Shown: in pieces, positions 11,758 to 19,227 of the stretch
Layout of the letters: each line of letters opens with the position of its first letter
Numbering within the stretch: the stretch's first letter is position 1
NCBI GenBank assembly: GCA_035063585.1
Contig: JAPSGB010000023.1
Coordinates: 1 to 64,000, forward strand
Length of the DNA: 64,000 nt
Direction: 5' to 3'
Source: Polyangiaceae bacterium
GTDB lineage: Bacteria; Myxococcota_A; Polyangia; Polyangiales; Polyangiaceae
Program-made: the position numbers and the translations under genes
The notes under the pieces: generated by a model
The model's database searches: none
Told to the model about the DNA's origin: nothing
What the model saw: the letters and a program-made list of their open reading frames with translations, nothing else

Positions 11758-12363
11758 ATGCGAAGAATTCAGGCCCTCTACGTTCGAGCGGCGCTCGCCG
11801 GTGCCGTCTTCGTCGCGGCCGCCGTCGGGGGCTCGTCGTGCGGCGGCCCGCAGAGCGCGGGTGAAGCCGGCGCGCAGTGCTTCCGCGCGGATGACTGCGC
11901 TCCGGGGCTCGTGTGCGTGGCGCACCAGTGCACGAGCGATCTCTCCGGCATCCTTTCGGATGGGCCCCCCGGTCCGCCGCCGGACGGCAGCGCTGGGGCG
12001 GCCGGAGGTGACGCGAGCGCCGGTGGAGCCGCCGGAGCGAGCGGCGCCGGCGGCGGCTCGGGAGGGAGCGGCGGGACGGGTGGGACCGGCGGCTCGGGCG
12101 GGACCGGGGGCAGCGGCGGCGGCTCGGGAGGGACCGGCGGCGGTTCGGGCGGGACCGGCGGCTCGGGCGGAACCGGCGGAACCGGGGGAACCGGCGGCGG
12201 CTCGGGCGGGACCGGCGGCTCGGGCGGGACCGGCGGCTCGGGAGGGACCGGCGGCTCGGGAGGGACCGGCGGCTCGAGCGGCAGCGCCGGGACCGGCGGC
12301 GGCTCGGCGGGCTCGAGCAGTGGCGGCAGCGCGGGAGCGCTGCCCGACGCCAGCGCGGATTGA
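11758..12363 (+). CDS. Putative lipoprotein with small Cys module and Gly-rich tail
   Basis: ATG 11758; hydrophobic signal ending GGSS-C; CFRADDCAPGLVCVAHQC module; (GGTGGS)n tail. Confidence 0.7.
   Translation: MRRIQALYVRAALAGAVFVAAAVGGSSCGGPQSAGEAGAQCFRADDCAPGLVCVAHQCTSDLSGILSDGPPGPPPDGSAGAAGGDASAGGAAGASGAGGGSGGSGGTGGTGGSGGTGGSGGGSGGTGGGSGGTGGSGGTGGTGGTGGGSGGTGGSGGTGGSGGTGGSGGTGGSSGSAGTGGGSAGSSSGGSAGALPDASAD
12050..12330 (+). repeat. Low-complexity coding tandem repeat (about 18-bp unit, GGTGGS)
   Basis: Repeated gg(c/a)gggaccggcggctcg-like units; boundaries approximate. Confidence 0.75.
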
Positions 12364-12375
12364 CGGCTCTCGGCG

Positions 12376-13398
12376 CTACTCGCGCCAGAAGAGCTTCCAC
12401 GGGTTGTGCTTCAGGTCGCGGAGCATCTCCTGCAGATCGTCGTACACCGACTCGTCCATGAGGAGCGCCCCGACCGTCCCCTTGCCGCGCTTTACATGCG
12501 CCACGACCGCCTGGGCGTCCGCGGTGGCGAGCCGCGCGCGGCCGGTGATGTCGCTCACGTCGCCGGTGATCTTGCGATAGCGTGCGAGTTGCTCCTCGGA
12601 GGAGAGCGCTCCGGTGATCTTCTTGGTGTCGCCGAGCACGCCTCGCGCGTCCGCGAGCACCGGCCCGAGTTGCTGATCGGCGGTCGAGGTCAGGTGATCG
12701 ACGTTGTTGATGATGTGAGTGATTTTCGGGTTGTTGACGTAGCGCTCGCGGGCGTCCTTGACCGTCTCGTTGGTCGTGACCGTGAGCACGCGGACGTTCT
12801 CGACGATCTCGTCGAGCTTCTGGCCGTTGTTCTTGAAGAAATCCCCGCTCCCCTTGAGCGTGTCGTGTAGCCCCTGGAACGTCTCCTCGATCTTCTGATC
12901 GTTTTTCGTGATGGATTCGTACGCGCGGTGCAAGAGCTCGTAGCTCTCACTGAGGAGCAGATCGAGCCGGGGCGGGCTGATCCCCTGGACGCGGAAGCCG
13001 TCGGGCACGAGCGGCTGATCGTGGGAACCGGGCTCGATCGCGAGGAACATCTCACCGAGGACGCCCTGGCTGGTGACGTAGAACCGCGCGTTCTGGTGGA
13101 TGGCGTTCGCGTAGCGCTTCTCGATCTTCGCCACCACCCGGATCGGCGGCTCGGGCTCCTTCGTCTTCGGATCGAGCTCGCCTCCCCGGAACTGCATCTC
13201 GGCGACGCGCCCGACCTTCACGCCGGCGATCCGCACCGGCGCTCCCGACTGCAGGCTGCCGGGATTGTCGAAATCGACGTAGACGGTGTAGGTCGGCTGG
13301 AAGCTGAGCCCGCCCATGACGACGATGAACGCGCCGAGCAGGCCGAGCGCGACCAGGATCAGGATGCCGACCTTGACCTCGATGGATCGCTGGCTCAT
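12376..13398 (-). CDS. MCE/MlaD-family protein with long helical C-terminal region
   Basis: N-terminal TM (EVKVGILILV), MCE motifs F.NPGSLQSGAPVRIAGVKVGRV and TSQGVLGEMFLAIEPG; ends GKGTVGALL...LK.NPWKLFW. Confidence 0.92.
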   Translation of the reverse strand: MSQRSIEVKVGILILVALGLLGAFIVVMGGLSFQPTYTVYVDFDNPGSLQSGAPVRIAGVKVGRVAEMQFRGGELDPKTKEPEPPIRVVAKIEKRYANAIHQNARFYVTSQGVLGEMFLAIEPGSHDQPLVPDGFRVQGISPPRLDLLLSESYELLHRAYESITKNDQKIEETFQGLHDTLKGSGDFFKNNGQKLDEIVENVRVLTVTTNETVKDARERYVNNPKITHIINNVDHLTSTADQQLGPVLADARGVLGDTKKITGALSSEEQLARYRKITGDVSDITGRARLATADAQAVVAHVKRGKGTVGALLMDESVYDDLQEMLRDLKHNPWKLFWRE

Positions 13399-13406
13399 GT
13401 GGGTCC

Positions 13407-14150
13407 TCAGGCCTCCATCGGGCCGGTGGCCCGTCCGTTGATGAACTGCTGGATGACGCCGTCTTCGGAGGCGCGGAACTCGGCCGGCACTCCAAGGAGC
13501 TTCACCGCTCCTTTGTACAGCATCACGATGCGGTCCGCGATTGTGAAGATCGACACGAGATCGTGCGAGACGACGATGCTGGTCACGCCGATGGTGTCGC
13601 TGAGCTCGCGGATCAGGCGGTCGACGCGCCGCGCGCTGACCGGGTCGAGGCTCGTGGTGGGCTCGTCGAAGAGGACGTAGCGCGGGTCGAGGGTGAGCGC
13701 TCGAGCGATGGCCACCCGCTTCCTCATCCCGTCCCCGAGCTCGGCCGGGAACCGCTCGGCGAACTCCTGCATGCGCACCTGCTCCAGCCGCCGGCGAGCC
13801 TCATCGAGCGCATCGGCGGCGCCGAGCCCCTTGTGCTTGCGGAGGGGGAGGGCGACGTTCTCGGCGCAGGTCATCGAGTCGAACAGCGTGGAGTGCTGGA
13901 AGACCATCGCGCACTTCTTTCGGACCGGGTACATCCGCCGCTCGTCGAACCGGCTGATTTCCTCGCCGTCCAGCCAGATTTCGCCGTCGTCCGGGTAGAG
14001 CAGGCCGATGAGGTGCTTGATGAGCACGCTCTTGCCGACGCCCGAGGCGCCGATGATGAAGAAGACCTCGCCGTCCAGCACGTCGAAGCTCACGCCCTGG
14101 AGCACGTGCTTCGTCCCGAAGGATTTCTTCACATTGCGAAACGAGATCAT
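13407..14150 (-). CDS. ABC ATP-binding protein, MlaF/Mkl-like (degenerate signature LGDGM)
   Basis: Walker A GASGVGKS; VFQHSTLFDSMT; Walker B VLFDEP; H-loop SHD; C-terminal QQFINGRATGP typical of MlaF. Confidence 0.92.
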   Translation of the reverse strand: MISFRNVKKSFGTKHVLQGVSFDVLDGEVFFIIGASGVGKSVLIKHLIGLLYPDDGEIWLDGEEISRFDERRMYPVRKKCAMVFQHSTLFDSMTCAENVALPLRKHKGLGAADALDEARRRLEQVRMQEFAERFPAELGDGMRKRVAIARALTLDPRYVLFDEPTTSLDPVSARRVDRLIRELSDTIGVTSIVVSHDLVSIFTIADRIVMLYKGAVKLLGVPAEFRASEDGVIQQFINGRATGPMEA

Positions 14151-14261
14151 GGACGCCCGCGGCCACCGAGCATGGCAGCATTGGCGCGGCATTTCGAGCC
14201 CTGTCGGCGCGCTCCAGCCGATTGCCGGCGGGCGCCGCGCGCGCCCCGGCTCCCCGGCGCT

Positions 14262-14996
14262 CTAGAGGGGCCCCTCGGGCTCGCCGTGGACGAACTGCTT
14301 CACGAACGGGTCTCGAGAGGCGCGGGCTTCCTCGGTGGTGCCGTCGAAGATCAGCCGACCGCGGTACATCATGCCGACCCGATCGGTGACCGTCAGCAGG
14401 CGGTCGAGATCGCTCGAGACCATGATGACCGTCGCGCCGACCGCCCGCTGCTCGTCGCGAAGGAGATCGAAGATCTTCTGGCTCGTCACCGGATCGAGCC
14501 CGGCCGCCGGCTCGTCGTAAAAGACGATGGGCGCCCGAGCGACCGTCGCTCGCGCGACGCCCACGCGTTTCTTCTGACCTCCGGAGAGCCCGGCGGGGAG
14601 CCGCTGCTCGAAGCCGGGGAGGCTCACCACGCTCAGCCGATCGGCGACCCGCGCCCGGATCTCGTCCTCCGGCAGGTCGTAGAGCCGTCGGAGCGGGAAG
14701 GCGATGTTGTCCTCGACCGTCATGAAGTCGAAGAGCGCGTTGTTCTGAAACAGCATCCCGATCTGCTTTCTGAACTCTTGGAGCTCGAGATCGGTCATGG
14801 CGAACAGATCCCGGCCGCCGATGACGACCCGGCCCCGATCGGGTCGGATGAGCCCGGTCAGGATCTTCAAGAGGACGCTCTTGCCAGCCGCGCCCGGACC
14901 GATGAGCCCGTAGAGGCAGCCCTCCGGCACCTCGAGATCGACGCCGCGAAGGACCGGTCGCCCGAACGTCTTCGAGATACCCTCGACGCGGATCAA
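14262..14996 (-). CDS. ABC ATP-binding protein, MlaF/Mkl-like (H-loop His absent)
   Basis: TTG at 14996 overlaps the upstream TGA; GPGAAGKS; LFQNNALFDFMTV; LSGGQ; FYDEP; VSSDL; ends QFVHGEPEGPL. Confidence 0.9.
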   Translation of the reverse strand: MIRVEGISKTFGRPVLRGVDLEVPEGCLYGLIGPGAAGKSVLLKILTGLIRPDRGRVVIGGRDLFAMTDLELQEFRKQIGMLFQNNALFDFMTVEDNIAFPLRRLYDLPEDEIRARVADRLSVVSLPGFEQRLPAGLSGGQKKRVGVARATVARAPIVFYDEPAAGLDPVTSQKIFDLLRDEQRAVGATVIMVSSDLDRLLTVTDRVGMMYRGRLIFDGTTEEARASRDPFVKQFVHGEPEGPL

Positions 14997-15784
14997 CGGG
15001 GATCCTGCGGAGCGGAGGCGGCTTGCAGCTCCTCGAGCTGGAGCCGCGCCCGGCGGAAGCGCGACCACAGCAGCAGGAGCGCGCCGAGCAGCACCACGTT
15101 GAGGAGGGCAGCGGCGCCGACGATGACGCGTAGCGGTGTCATCGAGGAGCGCGTGATGGTGACCGGGCCGATTCGGGCGAGCTCGTGCCCGCGCGGGCGA
15201 GCCACCGGCGCGACCGCCGTGAGGACGACGGATACGCGCTCCGGCTCGAGGCCGGCCACCGCGCCGGCCACCAGCCGCGCGACCTCGCTCGCCGCGATGG
15301 GCGGCGTTGCGCCGCGATGCCGGATGAGGACCGAGGCGGTGGGTGGCGTGGGCTTCGCGCCGTCGCCGAAGGTGTCCTCGAGCGGAACCGCGAGGTGCAC
15401 GCGCACCGACAGGACCCCGTCGAGCGTGCCGAGCGAGCGCTCGAGCTCGCCCGCCTTGCCGGTCACCAGCTTGGCGTGCTCGGCCGTCCGACTCGGCACG
15501 ATCGAGCCCTGCCCCAAGGCCTCGAGCACGCCCGGCGTGGCGGGCGGCGGGAGGTTCTCGTCGGTGAGCACCGACACCGCCGCGGAGGCGTCGTCGCGCG
15601 CCACGGTGACGCGCCACTTGCCCTCGCTCGCGGGGTCGGCCTCCTTCTGCGCGGCGACCCCTCGCTCCTCGAGGGCGGCCATCACTCGGTTCGAGTCGGC
15701 CTCGTCGAGGTTCGTGGCGATGGGGACCGAGCATCCCCCGAGCAGCGCGGCCGCAAGAAGCGTTACGGCGAACCTCCTCCCCAT
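14993..15784 (-). CDS. SctJ (YscJ/EscJ/PrgK)-like ring-forming lipoprotein
   Basis: Lipobox LGG-C; NLDEADSNRVMAAL...GV.A.K; V...D...A...L....LP; SIVPS...E; ELERSL..LDGVLSVRVHL; PTASV; LVAGAVAGL..ERVSVV; C-terminal TM plus RFRR. Confidence 0.88.
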   Translation of the reverse strand: MGRRFAVTLLAAALLGGCSVPIATNLDEADSNRVMAALEERGVAAQKEADPASEGKWRVTVARDDASAAVSVLTDENLPPPATPGVLEALGQGSIVPSRTAEHAKLVTGKAGELERSLGTLDGVLSVRVHLAVPLEDTFGDGAKPTPPTASVLIRHRGATPPIAASEVARLVAGAVAGLEPERVSVVLTAVAPVARPRGHELARIGPVTITRSSMTPLRVIVGAAALLNVVLLGALLLLWSRFRRARLQLEELQAASAPQDPR

Positions 15785-15794
15785 CTCGCCGTCC

Positions 15795-17342
15795 TCACTC
15801 CCCGGCGAAGGTGGTGCGGGTCACGTCGAGGTTCGGCCGGCTGGGGAAGCTCATGCCGCGGACGCGGCTCGCGACGCAGGACGCGACGCCCGGGCTGCTC
15901 GGCTTGGTCACCACCGAAACGCCCACCGCACGACCGTTCTGCACCGCGGCGCAGATCGAGACCGTCATGTTGTCGGGAACGCCGCAGCTGTTCAGATAGC
16001 TGCCGTTGTTCAAGACCGCGCCGTACTGCCCCGCGGTGAGGTCGGCTTGCTTCTTTGCGCCGCCGCCCATGTCGTACTCGTCGCCCTTGTACGCGGCGAT
16101 GGCCCCTTCGCAGCTCATGCCGCCCGCGAGGATGGGGATCCCGCCCGAGTGGCTGACCACGCCGCCGCGGCCGCCCCCGCTCTTCTTCGCGTTTGCGGGC
16201 AGCTTGACGCCACCGTCGATGTCGATGTCGATGTTGGTCTCCGACTGCACCGCGACGCGGTCGCTGCGGGTGCCGCGCTTCACGAGGAACCAGGTGGCGG
16301 CGAGCGCCAGCACTGCGCCGACGGCGATCACGCCGAACAGCGCCTTGCTCCGCGTGCTCTTGCGCTCCTCGACCACGACCCGCTCGATGGCCTCCTTCTC
16401 GGCCTTGATGTCGCGGTTCAAGCGGGCCTGTTCGGCGAACGGCGCGAACTCCTCCCAGTCGCGGATCACGCGCTCGTCTTGGCTGAAGTTGTCGCGGAGG
16501 ACGTCGGCCTCGACGAAGCCGTGGGTGGCGATCTGCTGCAGGAGCTCCACCGCGCTGAACGGCCCGTGATCCATGCCGTCCTTCACGACCACGAAGCGCG
16601 GCCGCGGGTCGGACTCCAGGCGGTGCTTGAGCGCGGCGAGCTCCGAGGTCGCGTCGGGTGCCGCGGGCGCCGCCGGCGCCTGCCGGACCATCACGTCATA
16701 GGGGCCGAGCGCGGCCGGCGCGGCCGGCGGCAGCATGCTCATCGAGACGTCGACCTCGAAGTCGGCGCCCCGGTCGAGGCGCGACTCATCGGCCTCCGGC
16801 GGCGGGATGCTCCCTTCCGGAGCGAGGTGGTGCATCGCCTGGGCGAGCGCGCTGAGATCGTCCGGGCGATGGGCGGGGTCGGCGACCAGCGCCTTCACGA
16901 GCACCGCCTCGAGCGCCGGGGGCAGCGTGGGCACGACCTCGGTGGGGCGCCGCATGCCCGGGCCGACCGAGAGGCCGGTGACGAGCTCGTACAGCATCGC
17001 TCCGACCGCGTAGACGCTGGCCCGCGCGTTGCCGGAGCCGCCCGCGCGCTCTTCGGGCGCGAGACACGCCTTGTCGCGCGGCAGCACCGGGGGCTGGCTC
17101 GAGAGTCCCGGCGCGATGCTGTAGTGCCCGAGGTCGTCCAGCGCGATGGACGAGGGGTGGAGCAGCAGCGACTCGCCGGCCGCGTGCCGATCGGCCGCCT
17201 CGACGCAGATCGGGACGATGATGCCGATCGCTTGCCGCAGCGTGAACGGCTTGCCGGTCGCGCGCAGCTCCTCGATCTTGGCTCGGAGCGTGCCGGGGAG
17301 CACGGCGGCGCCGACCGGCAGCGGGGTACCCATGGAAGACAT
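15795..17342 (-). CDS. Membrane protein: degenerate kinase C-lobe + GYF_2-like + TM + AgmX/TonB-C-like domain
   Basis: LAPE, VYAVGAMLYELVTG and KAL..DP..RP kinase C-lobe motifs; FVVVKDGMDHGPFS..EL GYF_2-like; TM ALFGVIAVGAVLALAATWFLV; ends VASCV...VRGMSFP; start 17342 or 17333. Confidence 0.7.
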   Translation of the reverse strand: MSSMGTPLPVGAAVLPGTLRAKIEELRATGKPFTLRQAIGIIVPICVEAADRHAAGESLLLHPSSIALDDLGHYSIAPGLSSQPPVLPRDKACLAPEERAGGSGNARASVYAVGAMLYELVTGLSVGPGMRRPTEVVPTLPPALEAVLVKALVADPAHRPDDLSALAQAMHHLAPEGSIPPPEADESRLDRGADFEVDVSMSMLPPAAPAALGPYDVMVRQAPAAPAAPDATSELAALKHRLESDPRPRFVVVKDGMDHGPFSAVELLQQIATHGFVEADVLRDNFSQDERVIRDWEEFAPFAEQARLNRDIKAEKEAIERVVVEERKSTRSKALFGVIAVGAVLALAATWFLVKRGTRSDRVAVQSETNIDIDIDGGVKLPANAKKSGGGRGGVVSHSGGIPILAGGMSCEGAIAAYKGDEYDMGGGAKKQADLTAGQYGAVLNNGSYLNSCGVPDNMTVSICAAVQNGRAVGVSVVTKPSSPGVASCVASRVRGMSFPSRPNLDVTRTTFAGE

Positions 17343-17417
17343 TGCCGGGCGCGGATACTAGAACACCGCGGCGGCTTCGGCTACAGCGAGAGCGCGCGAG
17401 CGAGCGTCACGGCCACA

Positions 17418-18287
17418 TCAGAGCGGTGTCTCGTCGTCGCGACTCCCGCCGTTCCACGGCTCGCGACGCTTCGTATAGGTGCCGCCGACGAACTTGCCGA
17501 GCACCGGCGCGATGTTCGGGGCGATGTCCTCGTCCCACTCGCCGCCGTCGATGTAGTCGATCGGCCGATCGTCGGCGTCGAGGAGCGCGAACCCCGGATA
17601 CCGATCGAGCGGCATCCGCAGCCGTCCGAGCTCCAGCGCGAAATCTCGCGCGTTCAGCCGCACGAGCCGCACTCCGGCGAGCGCCCGCTGGAGCGCCGGA
17701 TCGGGGAGCGAGACGGCGACCCCGTTGCACGGACGGCACCGCTCGACCACGAGCCAGAGGAGCAGCTTCTCGCCCGCCTTCTGAGCGAGGCTGCGCTGCT
17801 CGTCGAGCGCGGCGCGCAGGGAGCGCACGTCGGGGCCCAAATCGACCAGCGTCAGCGCGCCGACCTGGCTCACCACGACGCCGTCGTCGCGCGACGCGGC
17901 GCCCGCGCCGGCCGCCGGCGCCGCCCGAGCGCGAGCCGATGGCGTGGCGGCCGGCGGCGCGAGCAGTGGCGCCGGCGAGGCGTACGTCGGAGGCGGGGGC
18001 TTGGGTCGCGCGGCGTAGGCGATGAGCGCCGCGAGCCCCGCGACGCAGGCGGCCACGTTCACGAGGCCGAGCGCGATGCCGCCGTTGGCGAGGCCGCGGC
18101 CGGTCTGTCGTCCGTTCGAGCGGGAAATTTCTCCCCTCGCCAGCACACCGAGCGCGACCCCGAGCAGGCCGCCCACACCGACCAGGCACACGAACCCAAG
18201 GCTCGCGAGCGCCAGCGACCACACCGCCGCGCGGTTGGTCCGCGGCGCCTCGGCTGCGTAAGGGTCCAGGAGTGGGCCGTCCACCAC
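17418..18287 (-). CDS. DUF4190-like membrane domain fused to a thioredoxin-like domain
   Basis: TNRAAVWSL...LG.LARGEI.RS.GRQTGRGLA..GI.LG (DUF4190 pattern); CRPC redox-type motif; later RYPGF (cis-Pro loop-like). Confidence 0.7.
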   Translation of the reverse strand: MVDGPLLDPYAAEAPRTNRAAVWSLALASLGFVCLVGVGGLLGVALGVLARGEISRSNGRQTGRGLANGGIALGLVNVAACVAGLAALIAYAARPKPPPPTYASPAPLLAPPAATPSARARAAPAAGAGAASRDDGVVVSQVGALTLVDLGPDVRSLRAALDEQRSLAQKAGEKLLLWLVVERCRPCNGVAVSLPDPALQRALAGVRLVRLNARDFALELGRLRMPLDRYPGFALLDADDRPIDYIDGGEWDEDIAPNIAPVLGKFVGGTYTKRREPWNGGSRDDETPL

Positions 18288-18327
18288 GCCGCGAGTATAG
18301 CGCCGGCCCTCCGCCGCGCAGCCGTCG

Positions 18328-18954
18328 TCAGAACCCGATCCCCACGGTGGCTACCACGAGCAGCCACGGAGCGCCGTCGGTCGCGCTCGCGCCGCGGATC
18401 GCCGGCACCGTGCCGATGACGTCCAATCCCGCGCGCGCGTCGGCGTCGCGGATCGGGAGCACGTACTCGAGCGTGCCGCGTAGCGTCCCGACCCCGATGG
18501 TCGAGGCGGCGTGCTCGCCGGCGGCGTCGAGCGCGTCGACCCGCGCCACCGCCGCGCCCGCGCCCAGGATCGGGTGCAGGCGGTGTCCCGCGCCGAAGTC
18601 GAGCCACAGCTCGCCGCCATACTGCTGCAGTCCGCGATCCGCGCCGACCCGGACCCAGACGCCGCTCAGCCGAACCCCCGCGGCTCGCTGGCCGATGTCG
18701 AACGCCGCGTAGAGGCCCCCGTCGGGCTCGTGGCTCGAGATCCGGAGCGTCGGCCCGGTGTGGATGCGCACGCTCGAGCGCGGCGTCCAGCCCTCGGGTG
18801 CTTCCTCCCGCGCCAGTTCGGCCTCTCGCTGACCGTCGTAGCCCGGGCGCGCGATGCTCGGCCCGTCCGGCGGCTCGGCGAAGCCATGTGCGCTGGCCGC
18901 GCCGGCGACCCCGGTGATGGCGAGAAGCGTGAGCGTGCTGGCGATGGTCTTCAT
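18328..18954 (-). CDS. Small outer-membrane beta-barrel protein (putative)
   Basis: GGAGG then ATG 18954; Sec signal ...AASA; alternating amphipathic strands; ends VGIGF (terminal Phe, BAM-type signal). Confidence 0.65.
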   Translation of the reverse strand: MKTIASTLTLLAITGVAGAASAHGFAEPPDGPSIARPGYDGQREAELAREEAPEGWTPRSSVRIHTGPTLRISSHEPDGGLYAAFDIGQRAAGVRLSGVWVRVGADRGLQQYGGELWLDFGAGHRLHPILGAGAAVARVDALDAAGEHAASTIGVGTLRGTLEYVLPIRDADARAGLDVIGTVPAIRGASATDGAPWLLVVATVGIGF

Positions 18955-19227
18955 GGTTGCCTCCAAGCGGTCTCCCTCGGAAACGCAGGACGGCTGGCGT
19001 CCCTTACGCCCGGTGGCTCGAGCTGGCGGCACCACCCCCTTGGGTCCCGGCGGCTCGGGTGTCGGTGCGGCGCGCAGCCACCCGGCTCGGACCCTCGCCC
19101 CGCGTCGCGCTCCCCGCGCCGTCGGCGCCGCCGCGAGCGGAGTCGGAGGCGGCCGCGCGCGACCTCGAAAATCGAGCTAACCCCGCGTTGCGGCTTAGAG
19201 ATGGCGCGTGTTAGCGTCGCCGGCGAG

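Noticed and set aside
14993..15784. A functional type III secretion or flagellar locus
   Set aside because: Only the SctJ-like gene is present; there is no export gate, ATPase, secretin or FliG-type neighbour, and the protein is too short for FliF.
13563..18419. 1618-aa plus-strand ORF
   Set aside because: Antisense shadow of the real minus-strand genes. It is Arg/Ala/Gly-rich with no motifs; stop codons are scarce in high-GC DNA.
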